A stretch of 63,568 bases of DNA, the filler included, from Lenisia limosa (Eukaryota > Protista > Breviatea): assembly GCA_001655205.1 (NCBI GenBank). It is 10 parts of 10 records of this genome, joined end to end, with 100 filler letters (N's around TTAATTAATTAA, not from the genome) between each part and the next. Parts side by side here need not be neighbours in the genome. Positions count along the whole stretch, not along the records: positions 33,567 to 50,526 come from LPNZ01008799.1; 9 more parts are not named here. One strand, given 5' to 3'. Under the pieces are notes generated by a model. The model was given only the letters and a program-made list of their open reading frames with translations. It did no database searches and had not been told where the DNA came from. This document shows, piece by piece, positions 36,318 to 50,000 of this stretch; the stretch's first letter is position 1; each line of letters starts with the position of its first letter. A program made the position numbers and the translations under genes.

Positions 36318-37960
36318 TCAAAATATGAGCCCCCCTGGCTTCACGTCAGTCCACAAAGGAATTTCTTCGACATTTTCCCTGTTTTTGTTCCTAAATAGCC
36401 CCATGTTTGACAGATTCAGGTTGGGGCAAGCGGCATGACAGACATTTGGCCCTTCTCCACACATTTGGCCCTTCTCCTCACCACTGGCGTTGTGGCATGG
36501 GGCAAGTCGCAGTGCGAGGCCATGGCCAGTGAGTTCATTGCAAAGTGCCTTGTTTGACCGATAAGGCCGAAACCGTCGAATTGCCTCTGTCTTGGGATTC
36601 AACTCCGAGCCGAAATTGGCCACAGGAGATGATGTTCGGGGCTTGCATTTTCTATCACTGTGGGGCGGGGGTTGAAACCACCTTGATATTAAAAAAAAGG
36701 TTAGAATAACACAAGTTGGGGTTAGGTGGAGTAAATATTGTGACAATTCAGGTTAGGTTCCTGGAACCATTTTCATCACCTGCAGATGACGAAGGTATTG
36801 AGGGGCCATAGGAGTGATAATCATTGACAAAAAACGAAAGAAGAAAAAAAAATCCTCGTTTTAAGTACAACAGGAATAATGAAATTGACATTAACGATGA
36901 CAAAGATCAGTAGTAAAATCATGATAGCGTATAATGTCACTATAAATCCCTCCCAACGCTGACGATGAGGCCAAGTATTCGGATGATGAAGAAATCGAAG
37001 AAACAGAAGGAGCTTGGAACACCGACAAAAGCGACACTGACTATGACGTCGAGGAGAAGGATTACATGAAGAGTTGCTGTTCGTTCCGCTATCAATATAA
37101 TTACACACAACAGATTTTTTTTTTTTTGCAACCCCAAAAATGGAAAATATTTCGTAATTATTCCAGCGGAAATGGGTAAGAAGATAGCAGATGATTCATC
37201 AGAGTACAGAATGCGAACATATTCTAATAGTGCACCTCCCATTTTTGCCAACCCCAAAATTGAAATTTTCTTGTTTTACCTCCCTTTTATTGCTATAATG
37301 AAAATTATTAAACCAAGCATAAAATGAGAGATTGTAGGCGACTCAATAAGCGTCTTTTTACCAATGGAGGCATTGTCTCCTCATCACCTCCACAGCGCTG
37401 AGGCTGTTGAGGCTGTTGGTATAACTGCTTTGGAGGAGGAATTGGGCCACCACATTAGAGGAATGCGTAAGTGGGAGCATAATCTGGTTTTGAGTGACAT
37501 TTCCTCATTGAAACCCTCGATTTTACAGCATTAAAGTGCTAATGCTGTATGGTACATCATATTTACTTCTTTAATTGACTCTCATTTTCGCTCCCTTCTG
37601 AATACTCTTCCACCAAGCTTCTCTAGGGTTGGTTTACTCATTCAATAAATATGGTTTAAGTTTCACTCATTGAAAGAATCTCTCTTTTTGCTGCTTGAGC
37701 TGTCGATTCTTTAGGATTGGTTCCGTAACCATGGACGAAGACCACTCCTGGACCAACTTGGAGAGGAGCTTTGTCACCTACAGGGAGCTGTTGTTTTGGG
37801 TGTTGTGGACCAGCGTGTCATGCTTACAAAATGAGAACTCAATGCTTCAACCTGGATATTGCTTTTCTCCGCTGATATGGAAAGTGCTTTCAGCCTGCTT
37901 CTCTTCAAGTCGAACCAAAGATGGATACACTGCAAGACCCCGGATGGTCAGCTTTTCTTT
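36318..37960 (-). CDS. Probable multi-exon gene of unknown function
   Basis: Candidate exons HPGLAVYPSLVRLEEKQAESTFHISGEKQYP; GDKAPLQVGPGVVFVHGYGTNPKEST (VFVHG resembles a hydrolase motif); ORF 36318-36746 ending NVEEIPLWTDVKPGGLIF*. Full splicing not resolved. Confidence 0.35.
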
Positions 37961-38653
37961 GGGTTTAATAATGCAGCATTGTATTACGGTAAGCGAACTT
38001 CAAAAAAAAAGACACAAATCTTTTGAACCGAACACACCCGAGAAGAATTCACCAAGTAAGGTTGCTTTATCAACGACCAAACAGCGTTCGAAAAACCTAC
38101 ATTTAAAACTTGAAAGGAGGAATTCAAAAAGAAAAACAATACATCAATAGTTTTTTTTTACTGATTTTGCTTGTCTTCAAATTGGGCAAAATTTACAGAA
38201 TACAATAATTATCAACACTTTCTAGTAATCTAGAGGGTAAACAGATGAATCAAATGATCATGGGAGGGGATGTAGATACCATGAAGCCCTCCATTGCCAA
38301 CCTTGACAGAAAAATGGGTTTACTGTTTTTGACAAATGACAATTATGTAGAAATGGCTCCAAAATGACAGTCCGTGTGAAAATGATGCCTCTCAATCCCT
38401 TAGATATATGATCGCCCATTTACACGTGGGACTCGGGATGGGGTTGACTTTTTGTTGGGTCCTTTCTCGGGATCCCCTCGATCAAAGGGAACACTGTTTA
38501 CACTGGATCTAAAACACTTCAGTTGTTCAAGAAAAAAGCAAGGAAAGTAACTTTTTGAAAAATTGATTTTTTGATATCAGCAAGTGATCGAGGAAGTGTC
38601 TTTTTACAAAATTTTCCTTTTTTCCCCTTTCTTCCAAAATTAATATGTACATA

Positions 38654-40102
38654 AGGTACGTCACCTGACCGTGAACATCGGCCCTTTTTTCTAATTTTTT
38701 CAATATTACTTGATATTGCCTTCGATTTTGTCAAAATAAGTATGATACAACAAAAAATTTTATTGTCATATACATATATCGATATGTATTTATGATATAT
38801 TGAAGAAATAGCAGTTAACAGTACCAAGGTCAATTCCAAATGAAGTATTAAAAAGAAAAACCCGAGTTTTTTTTCCTGGGAGTGGTTTTCTGCTTTTTTT
38901 TACTGGAGATTTCTGGCCGGAAAACACAAGTTTACGGCCTCAGTTGAAAAAATGGAGGCAGGCGTCAAAAAAATTGCTTCATTTCTTAAGTAATGAGTGT
39001 TTTCCTCAGAAAACTCCGAGGAACAAAGGAAGACAACCATGAAGAAAACGAGGAGCAATTCGAATGGAGTAGGGATGGAGTAGGGATTTTTTCACTTTTA
39101 CAGTGGTTTTCCTCTAAGAAAACCCTTTTTTTTTTTTCCCTGAGAGTGGTTTTCTGATTTTTTACAAGGAGTTTTCCTCAACAGAAAACTCCGAGTAANN
39201 NNNNNNNNNNNNNNNNNNNNNNNNNNNNNNNNNNNNNNNNNNNNNNNNNNNNNNNNNNNNNNNNNNNNNNNNNNNNNNNNNNNNNNNNNNNTGCTGGGAA
39301 AATACAAAATTTTCAAGAGCAAATTTGTTCCAAAATATTTATATACTTCAATTCTTCGTAGCACTTCATCTCTATTTTTGATTTGCTTAATACTGGAATC
39401 ATCAAGAGTCTTACTTTTCGGGGTTCGTCAAAAGTCTACAGTTAGTTGCTGTACAACAACGTCATGCCTAATACTGCTGATTCGTCGCGGAGAATTCTGA
39501 AAATAGTGTTTTTTATTTCGATTGGCTGTAATCGGTACAAAATTTCAACGTAACAGACTCATCTGAACCTTCTAGACCCAGAAACTCCAGTGTTCTGGTG
39601 TTTGTGTTTAACTTAATACAAAGATTTTCTTCGAGGTGTCACCAAGAGTTTCAAACCTATCAAAAAAATTGTTCCGCTTAAAACAGTATCTGGTTTGAAG
39701 AATGACCTTTCCAATATTCTAAAAACTATTTCAAATTATCTTGACATCGCCTTTATGGATAACAAAACAAAAGAGAACCAAGTTTTGTTGAACCAGGAGT
39801 TGAAGGGGAAACATTTGCGTTTGCCAATTCCACCACTCCCAACGTTTTTTCAAAAGAGAAATCTAGATCGAGTCTACATAAATGGAATAAGTTCAGTTCA
39901 GTTCAGTTCAGTGATTTTTTTGTGTGTTTTATTATCCCAAGAAATTTTCTTCTCTTATTTAACCGCCATTGTTAAATAAAACTGGGCAATTTTTGAGAAA
40001 TATATCGCAATTATGATGAAATAAGCGAAAAAAAAAAGTCTGATGTTCACGGTCAGGTAATGTTCACGGTCAGGTTAGTGTTCACGGTCAGGTGACGTAC
40101 CT
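38654..40102. mobile_element. ~1.45-kb non-autonomous DNA transposon with 24-bp TIR and TA flanks
   Basis: AGGTACGTCACCTGACCGTGAACA at 38654-38677 is the reverse complement of 40079-40102; TA on both sides (38652-53, 40103-04); TGTTCACGGTCAGGT occurs three times in tandem at the right end (40043-40093); no transposase ORF recognised inside. Confidence 0.78.
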
Positions 40103-40272
40103 TATAGCTATATACTATATGATCTAGTATACCATATTATGATTTACTATGTATGATATGAATATTACTCATATACTACATAGAGTATTATATAACATAC
40201 TATAGCAACTGTTTATAGCTATTAATTGTGTACTATTGTATTTTGACGGGTTAATAATCACATTTTGTTCAG

Positions 40273-43200
40273 AAAATCGAGAAATTAGAGACTGAAGGGA
40301 ACCTTGACAGACTATTGTATTGAGGGTATCGTTTTCACCTATTCAGCCACCATTGAAGCAACAAAGAAGAAATATTCAAAAATTTCACTGAAGCTGCCGA
40401 CGCTGGAGCACCAAGACGCCATCTTTGAGATGGTGCGGGACCATCGTGTCACAATTATAACTGGAGATACAGGATCTGGAAAGTCCACTCAGAGTAGGTT
40501 GGGTCATTGCTCTCCTGAGTCTCAATTCATCCTTTACAAAATAATGATGTTCATAACTAATTTACCTTGTTAAAACATAATTATCCTCAATCACCATCCA
40601 TTTCGATAGTATGTATTATAACCCCCCCCCCCAGTTCCGCAGTACATTCTTGACAAATACCCGGGCCGTCTTCGGATGGTTATGTCGCAGCCACGCAGAA
40701 TTGGCGCCACGTCTGTCGCCACTTTCATTTCCAGGGTAGGCTGCCACTCAGTTGATTGGACTTATCTCTATGGTTGCAGATGGAGTAGCCCGATATAATA
40801 ATTGAGCTCAACTGTGTAGCAACGAGGCCACCCCCTGGGGAGAGAGGTCGGCTACCATATCGGAGGACGCGCCGTCACGAGCGCTTTGACGCAGTTGACA
40901 GTCGTCACCTTAGGTGGGCGAATTGTTGCGTTGTTACACTCCATTACACTGCGAGTAATGGCACAGGAGTCTTGCGGCAAATGATTATGCATGACAAGGA
41001 CCTTTCCCGCTTCGATGTTGTTGTCATTGATGAGGTGCACGAAAGAGACATTGATGCTGATGTGGTTCTGACAATGCTTCGCTACCTTGTGTTCTCCCCC
41101 CAATGCAGGTGAGTGTAGTGTTTGATGTAATACCTGTCAAAAAGCTTTGTTTGCCTCATTTTCTCTGTCAAAAAGCTTTGTTTGCCTCGTTATCTCTGTC
41201 CCTCAGACCGCAATTCCGTCTGGTCCTCATGTCTGCCACTTGCGATACCTCTCTCCTAGCCAAGTGGGTGCGAGTCTTTCTTCTTCTCTTTACATCCGCA
41301 TTTGGTTGTGGTAACAGTTTAGCTACTTCAAAGACCCCCACGGAGACCTTTGCCCCATGTTCCGAATCCGCTGCCGCCTCTACCCTATTTCGGTGCGTTC
41401 ATTTCCCCATTGGCGTAACACTTCAGGAACTGTTTTTGGACGACATCAAGGAGCATTTGAAGGACAAAATGGAGAGCAATGACCACTCTGATGTAGGCGT
41501 TAAACATGACCATTTAACCGTTCTCTTACACCGGACATGTCTGATCCCCAGTGTTACGAGGATCACACGTCCCGACCTGAGTTTGAAGGCAGTCGTTTCT
41601 CTGCCGCCCTCGCGGTTCTTCATTATCTTGGTTGGCACTTTTCTTGTTCTAATTCAATGAGTACATCATTTTTGTTTTTTATCGCTTCTCAACATGGCTC
41701 CTTTACTCCTTCTGACCCCTAGGTGACGAGGAGTCCTGTAATGGTATATTGGTGTTCCTTCCTGGCTTCGCCGCTATCCAGAATCTCTTTGACGAGCTTT
41801 CAAGTGAGTGTTTCTCGCGTTGTAAACGAGCCTCATCCCCCAGACGATCCCCGCTTCTCTATCCGAACACTCCATAGTAGCAATGCGGTTGATGAGCAAG
41901 AAGCCAATATGAACAGGCCCCCTGGTGAGTAACTTCTGTTTATTCTTGCACTATTAGGGTTTAGTCATATCTTATTGGGCATTCTCCTTGAAAACACTGC
42001 TGATCACTAAGAGCTCGGAAGAAAGCTTCTCATTCTATCAACAAACATCGCGGAGAGTACCGTTACCATCCCCGCGGTGTCGCACGTCATAGACAGCTGC
42101 CTCACGAAAACCCCCGTCTGGGACCCTGTCACTAAGTGCTCGCAGCTTGTGGAGGTTGGACAGCCTTGCTTTTTGGAGCGTCTAATATCGTAGACGTGGG
42201 TTGCAATGAGTCAGTCAGTTCAACGAGCAGGTCGCTGCGGTCGCGTGGCTCCGGGTGTCGTAGGAGGGGCGGGGTGTCTTCCTGACAATTTGGACAAAAA
42301 AGACCGATAAAATATTGTCCAGGAAATGCCCTTGGCTTAACGTCTGCGCCTAAACCGTTTTACGGACATTTTTACACGTAATTCATGTGGGCTTTTTCAG
42401 GTACAGACGTTAAGCAACTTGAAGGGGTCAACAACATCATGAATGAGTTATCGGCGGATAACAGTAAATCGTCTTTTCTTCTGGTGGTAGCATTCTCAGT
42501 TATAGGAAGCTTTGCTGATAATGGCCCGATCTTACCACTAGGTCATCCGTCTTGTTCTGCGTGACGAATATGAGCAACTTGCGCCAAACCCCATTCCTGA
42601 GATGGAGAGAGCGTCTTTGGAGGAGGTTGTGTTGAGACTCATTAACGTTGGAGTTGATCCCGAGAAGTTCCTTAAGTAAGTTGACCGTGGTTAGGATGGG
42701 ATAACGTTTTAGGGAAGTTCCGTGTAAGCCGCAGACCAACCACTTGCTCAGCGCTCTTGTCACTCTCAAGGAAATGAGTGGGAAGGGCCTCCTAGAAATT
42801 AGTATTCCAATCTCGTGGAATACTAATTTGAGCGGAGGCCCCTTGGGTCTAATTATGCTCTTTATCTTTTCCACCCAACATATGTTTCGCTAATTANNNN
42901 NNNNNNNNNNNNNNNNNNNNNNNNNNNNNNNNNNNNNNNNNNNNNNNNNNNNNNNNNNNNNNNNNNNNNNNNNNNNNNNNNNNNNNNNNNNNNNNNNNNN
43001 NNNNNNNNNNNNNNNNNTTGATTTGGGTGATTTGTTTCATAAATTTTCCAACTCCCCCCCTCCCCCCGTAGAAGCCGTCTGCGAGCCTCGCTCTCAATTC
43101 GAGGTCGAAAACGAGTGGAATGCCTCTCAACGACACTACAACGCCAAGATCCTCCCCCCCTCACACTACTGCCTCACCCCCCTCGGAGGCTTCCTTGCCG

Positions 43201-46200
43201 CTTTGCCAGTGGACATCCATATCGGCTCTTTTCTGGCCCTGGCTGAAATGTTCGGCATTACGTCCTATGCCTTGCCCTACGCTGCCATCGCTTCAAAGTG
43301 GGGATATTACAAGAGTTGAGATTGTTTTTTTGGAAATGGAAAGATTTCGTGGCACTTCGACCCGATCAGTCATGTGGATCATGGCGGGAGATACGTGTCT
43401 CGAGATCAACCCCTGGGAATGACAATTGTCACACATTAGAAGGAAAACTGGTGGTATTTCAATCACAGTCCTGGGGATATAAACAATTTTCGCGACAGAA
43501 TGACTTTAATTTAAATGTTTGATTTTGTGCCCATGAAAAAATACGGGGGAAATTATCTTTTTTTCTATTACCTCCTCCAGACAATCCCCGATCATCAACA
43601 ACACCCATCGTCCTGTTGCCAATCATGAGGCGAGAGTCAAATATGCAGGCACAGTCAAAAGGTATGTCACACACAACTGACCCATCCAATATTGCTCATC
43701 CAATATGCTCATCCAGTGGCATCATCTTTTTCAGTGACTTGCATGCGGCATTCAGAGCCTTCTCCGAATGGAAGTTCTATCGAGTTCAAAACCCCCGAGT
43801 CACCAAGAAGATGGTGGGATGGGATGTACCAAGGGCCTCACTTCGGTTCGAAAAAACCTCACTTCGGTTCGAAAAAACTGGGGAAATATAGATTAGTCTT
43901 TTTTCGAACGGAAGTGATGCACTAGATGTGCCCTATCTAGGCAGCATCTATTGGTAGTTCTCGCAACGAGCTCGGTCATGAGCTTTTGATCCCCTGGTTT
44001 ATCTTTTTGTAACTCTCACACAGGAAAACAAATGGTGTGAACAACATTGGTTGTCGCGCAGTAGACTTATGGAAATTGACAACTTCCTCATTCAGCTGCA
44101 CCAGATCTTCAGAGGCATGGGAGTATGCTGGGTTGATTGTAGTCAAGGAGTAAATGCTTACGAACTCATTGGGAGTCCATTCAGTATCGGGGGGTTGATG
44201 GCTCATTGGGAGTCCATTCAGTATTGGCTCATTGGGAGTCCATTCAGTATTGGGGTTGATGGCTCATTGGGAGTCCATTCAGTATCGGGGTTGATGGCTC
44301 AGGTGGACCTCCCGGAAAAGCGTTGGACCGATCCGAAGACTGAGGCCTCGAGAAGGGAACAAAGTGTCGAAATTAAAACAAAGAACTGGACTGACAGACT
44401 TTTGTGGGGGGGGGGGGTAAAATAATACCAACTTTGTCTGAACGCACCTCACACCATCAGAAATGAAGCACTTGGAGACAGCTCCCAGGTGAGTGTACTG
44501 GATTAGGCCTTGTGGTAGTTGTTGTTAATAACTGTTTGTAGGTTATTATGGAGCCTAATTCCAATGCTGCGGTTCGAATGAAGGCAGAGAAGGAGCAAAA
44601 ACAGAGTCAGAATGGAAAGGACAAATTATACGTTATTGCTGATTTTATTGCCTTTTAACTTAATAGGACAAGCCCTGTCAGATCGCAATGAAAAGGCCCC
44701 TGAAATTGGCATGGACGAGAGCGATTGGGTCCAACAACTCATAGATGAAATGAACACTTCAGTGGGCCGGGATCCTGCCAATTGGATCAAATAGATCGTT
44801 TCAGTAGCGCTTACCTATCATAGAATGACACGAGTGACTTCGAAGTAACCTCCAAAACAAAGAATCCGCTTCAGTGGTCTTGTGGGGGGTCAGATTAGCT
44901 TTTCTGAGGGGGAGGGATTGGTACGGTTTTCACAATTTAGTCGATCAATACGAAGACGCGGAACAGCACATTCCATCCGGGCAAGACCACATCACCAATT
45001 GGGACATTACTGATCAAGAGCTCATGATTCTCACGCTCCTTGCGGCCGCCTACATCCCCGAGTGGCTTCATGTACCTGGGGATGTCACATGTTCTGTTTT
45101 ATTTGATTTTCTCATCCTTTCAGCCAGTCCCCCCGTCGGATCACTGCTTTGAGGGCTTCAAGCCTCCAATGGGAGAATGCCACACTCATTACGTGGAAAT
45201 GGTAGGCAAATCAGAGTCCTTCTGACTTCAGGTTGCCAATGACGCGAAGTTCAAAGAACAGCTCCCGGCTTTCTGCAAAAGATGGGATATTGGCCAACCT
45301 GAACATTCGGTAACCACCATTTGATTATTGCCACACTTACCCTGCAGGCAATCCCCCAGGAAAATTATGTTGACGGCGAAGTCGGCCTTCAGAGAATGTT
45401 TGTGAAGTTCAAGTCCAACTGCACTGACTGGAGAGTGGGAGGGCCGTTCTGCTTCATGCATCATTTCGTTGTATCGTTCCGAGTTTACCACCCAGAGTTT
45501 GCCAAATGAACTAATGCGCTTGGCCAAGTTCAGAACCCGCAAGGACCTCACACAGGTTGGACCATCTTTGTCGTGGCTCAATCTCAAAGTGTTTTGTTTT
45601 GGGATTTATGGCGTAGAAATCGCTCCTGCCCTGCCTGCCTCTTGCCGACCTCCAGTTCCACCCTGCCATTGCCGCTGTGGTGTCACCTTGCTTCAAGTGT
45701 GTCCTTCACAATAAATTCAGTAGTTTGACACGTATATATCCCCGTGACCGCTCTTAACCCCTTCAGACCTGTGGGATGTAGGGCCCATCTCGATCGGTCT
45801 TCGATCTGCCATCCCGTCATCTTCCCTCCAAATACCAACAAGGATACCCTCGTTTGTATGCTAATTTCACTTGTACCTAACAGACCAACTATCAATATTT
45901 TGGGAATGGTTTGGCCCCCAAATGGAGCTCTAATCAGAGTACATCTTACCCACTCTAGTGTTTGGCACACATACGCAATCGACTAAGCACAAAAGTGACA
46001 TGTCAACCTCAACCACATTCGTCTCTCAAGTGGGTGAGGGGCCTGCTTCCTCTTGTTTCTATGTGCGTGTATCCGTCATTCGACATGGCACATTCCAACT
46101 TCCTCCCCAGGTGTCAATGTTACCGCCATCCCTCCCAGCATCACGGCAAATCATCTCCCTGATCTTTGGTGTAGGTTGTGTGATTCTCAGTTGATAATGC

Positions 46201-46887
46201 ATTGCAATACACTTACCCTGCAGATGAAGGAGGACCAGCGCTACGTCTTAGAAGACTACTTCAACTCCGCTCGAATCGAGGAGACCTGCCATATGGCGTT
46301 CAGAGGTAGACGGCTTCAGTACCCATGTTGTCTTACTCCCTAGGGCAAACATGCTCTCTGACAATGCACATTCCCAAAGAGGAGTTCAACAAAATCAGGT
46401 ACGTTACCACTGCGGTTGCGTCTTATTATTTGTAGACATCTGTGGAACTTCATTGACAAACGTATGGAGGCCCTTCCTCGTCGCTCCTATGACCAGCATC
46501 TCAAGGCAACGGTTGGATCCTAACGCATGGCATGGCCTTGAACACTGACCATCTAGTCCACCAACCAAGGTATAATCGACAAGAAGCAAATCCACAGCAC
46601 TTGCTATCAGCTTTGCAAGTGAGCAAGAATTCCATGTCTCCTGTTGTGCACCAGAGAACACTATTGGGTATTGTTAATGCTTGTAGAATGATGAGAAACA
46701 CCAGTGTCAGGTCACTCAACTTCTCCTATTGTGGCAAATACAAGAAAAATGACGTTAAGCCCTTGGAAAAGAGATGGGGAAGGTGGGTGTCTTGTCCTTG
46801 TGTCGTCCTTCACCCTCCAGAGCTGGCGGCCGCTATAAGAACACTCTCAATCAGCTGGAAGCCCTCACAAACACTTACCAACTCTAA
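40273..46887 (+). CDS. DExH-box RNA helicase, TDRD9/Spindle-E-like, ~30 exons, 5' end unresolved
   Basis: Motif I ITGDTGSGKSTQ|IPQYILD, SQPRRIGATSVA, EVGYHIG, motif II VVIDEVHERDID, motif III LMSAT, ILVFLPG, LHSS, STNIAESTVTIP, motif VI QRAGRCGRV, PEMERASLEEVVL, HA2 LTPLGGFLAALPVD; then SDLHAAFRAFSEW, ENKWCEQHWLSRSRLMEI, MILTLLAAAYIPEW, RMFVKFKSN..SLP and MLPPSLPASRQIISLIF, resembling TDRD9-specific blocks; likely stop TAA 46885-46887. Confidence 0.88.
43831..43923. mobile_element. MITE family A copy with duplicated left TIR
   Basis: AAGGGCCTCACTTCGGTTCGAAAAAA followed by a second CCTCACTTCGGTTCGAAAAAA, ending TTTTCGAACGGAAGTGATGCACTA; intronic. Confidence 0.7.
44163..44300. repeat. Intronic minisatellite (~4 copies of a 30-37-nt unit)
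   Basis: CTCATTGGGAGTCCATTCAGTATYGGGGTTGATGG repeated. Confidence 0.9.
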
Positions 46888-47061
46888 ATAATGCAATACA
46901 CACCTTATTAGAATGATATCGTTCCATCTCTTAATATACATTACACACCCACACCCTGTCATGATACTAATATACAAGAAACAACATAGACCATAGAAAA
47001 ACCCGCACAGCTCAGCTGTCATGAAGACTCTCGATTGAGTTGGCCCATGAGTCTGCCCAAC

Positions 47062-50000
47062 TTAGATTGTCATCCGATAATGACGGTCTGCATGGATAAG
47101 TGCGTCAATAATACCGGCTTTGCTCAACCGAGCCTCCCTTCAAACACTTCAACCGAGCCTATTCTTCTCATCTTGCCATCATCTTGAGGGGCTTTGTCAG
47201 CCTCCCTTTTCAAAGGTTTACGTCGGGTGATCTGCCAAAGTAAGCCCTATCAAATTGGTCCGTTTCAGATGTGATAAAGCTTTTTGGAACAGATGATATC
47301 TAAAAAAGTGTATCAGCTCTCACGTTAGTAACGATGGGCTCAACTCTTGGCGCAAAGTGTTGCGGGGTGTGACCTTCCAAGGGGGGCGATAAACTGATAC
47401 GGAAGGCACCCTGTCACCATGAGGTTCGGGAGGTCAAAAATTGCTAGGATTATGAAACCACATTACTAACATCAGTGTTATTGGAAGCCCAGGAAGGCAT
47501 TCGCTCTCCAAACCCTTCTGAAGACTCAACACTGCTCTCTTTAATTGAGCCGGAACCTAAAAGAAATATGTCAGTCGCTGTATTCACATGATTACGTAAC
47601 CTTCACCACTACTCACTCATTGTCAGAGTACCGCCAATGCTCTCGCTGGTGTCCTTTTTACTTGAGGCAGAGGGGCACATGTTCGGCGCTTGGAGATCAG
47701 TACATGAAATTACACAATCTCTTGTACTCACATGGAGCAAAAGTGATACTTGAGGGGGATGGAGCTGTGTGGGCAGCAAGAGGCTCGGGAGTGGGGGAAA
47801 TCTTGAAAGTTAGAAATATCGATACTTGGCATCTCATCAACCACAACATCATTGTAGCAAGCCCCCCCCCCCACGATGTGTGGTGAGGTTGGCCCAATGG
47901 GGGAAGAATTGGATGGAAGACTCGGCGGAGTTTCCATTGTCACTAACTCCAAGGGGTCCTGGAAATTAGAAAAGGAGGTGTGAAATAGTTCCACAGTGTC
48001 GATTACTTATTACCACAAGCCCCACATCCCACAAAGTCTGCTTTGCCCGTCACTTCATTCCGACACCAAGGGCATGTCAGGGAGCATTTTATGACTTTAA
48101 CAGCACATTCGCTACAGAGTTTGTGCTGGCATGGCAGCAGTCCTGTATAACGTTATTCTCTTGCATTCTTTGATTCATTGTTCAGTTCAACTCTGAATAT
48201 AACCTACTGCAGTTGATGTTGTCGATATAACAAAGGGTACAGACAGGAGGTATTTTTGCTTGTGGTGTTTGAGGGGACTCGGTAGATGCAAATTCAGCTT
48301 CCTGGACAAGAAATGTTGTGAGTTCAGTATTGATGGTATTTCAGACAAGTATATCTCATTTCTGCATATAAGCCAGGCGTTAAATATTTTAAAGATATTA
48401 ACGGATATTCAGATTCACCTTTCCTTTAAAAAGCTGGCTCAAACTAAAGGTAATAGATATAATAGTGATGACTTCCCAATGGGGAAAAAGACGAAACTCT
48501 CTTACAATTTCTTTCACCTTTCTCTTGTTCAAGTTTTCTGCAGTGAGAACCTCTTTCAAATAGATCCTCTCCAGTTCCTGAACATCCGTTACAATGGTTC
48601 AGTAACGGCAATGAAGATTGTTAAATGCTTTCACATACTTTTACCTTCTCCATGTGTGTTTTTTTGAGTTTATCAAGCGTCATCCTGAGGGTATTATTTA
48701 AACGTATCTGACAGATAAGGAACAAAAGCACCCCCCCAAACTCATGCTCCTGATTTCTGGCTTTGATTTTCTCTCGTTTCTTTGTTGAGGGACTGTCGCT
48801 GTCAGTTTTTTGGAGAGTGGTCCCTTTGGATGCCCCAGAGCCTGAGAGATGAGAAAGACACAACGCGTCAATTCCACCGCCTACATGTTCCGGCACAAGA
48901 AAGACCCTTAGCGATTTCACTGGTTCTGGCATCAGGGTTCAAAGCGAATTGCACGGACACAACGCCGGAGCGCTTGTCGAAAAGGTGACAGATCTACGGA
49001 GTTAAGAGCCTTGAAGAACTCACAATGACGCTACTGAAGCTCAGTTCCTTGATAGTGGGTGAGGAAGCGAAGGGAGCTGGGAACATCAAAGTCACATTCT
49101 GGAGGGGGGGGGGTAGTGAAACGAAGGAAATTTCGATNNNNNNNNNNNNNNNNNNNNNNNNNNNNNNNNNNNNNNNNNNNNNNNNNNNNNNNNNNNNNNN
49201 NNNNNNNNNAACAAAATATAACAAACACGAGCAACTAACGCTAAAGCTAGACAAAAGCCAGATGACAAAAACACAACAAAAACAAGGGGGGGTGAAAGGT
49301 TCAAAGAAACAATGTACATATTTCGCAGCTTACATTGTAAGATTCTGAGGGATTCAGATATGACATTTCATCTTTTGGCTCGCCTCTTCTCATCAGAAAT
49401 GATCCAGTCCAGAAGAGACCTTTTCCAGGTCCTAGTATATAGAGTGTCCCTGGGCCAAGCTCAACCTATGTTGTAACCAATGATACGTTTGCTCACTCTT
49501 CAACAGAAAACACATTCCAATGTTTTTCCTTGATACCCCCCACGAAAGACACAGCCAGGCGACAATCCACCTCGGCAACAGCTGTTGGAACTGGCTCTGT
49601 GCATACCCAAGGGGAGAGAAGATTCAGAGCATATGACAAGCTCTGGACTGGTCATCAACAACATTGTCCAAACCTCTTCTCGTGAAGTTGGAAGGTCACA
49701 ATCTGCTATCTTGCCCTTCGTCGCAATCTGACAAAAGTGAATATTCAAACATATGATATGATACAAAATAATAGAGAGTTTTGCCCACAAAATCCTGTTC
49801 TGTCAAGAAGCTGTCGGTGAAGCTTCCGAAGCCATAGTCCTCAGCCTCTAAACGGGAAGCCGCAGGGACTTGCGACTACAGTGTTGAAACGGAAGGAATC
49901 TATCTATCCATGCTGTGTTCTATGGCATTATCCTTTGGGTTGACCTGAGATAATATAAACACGTTTTTGAGTTTACCATTTACCACAGTTCACATTAAAC

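Noticed and set aside
44163-44300. Short repeats here and at 13735, 24750, 29510 and 51107 as possible CRISPR arrays
   Set aside because: Head-to-tail minisatellites without unique spacers, in eukaryotic introns; no cas genes.
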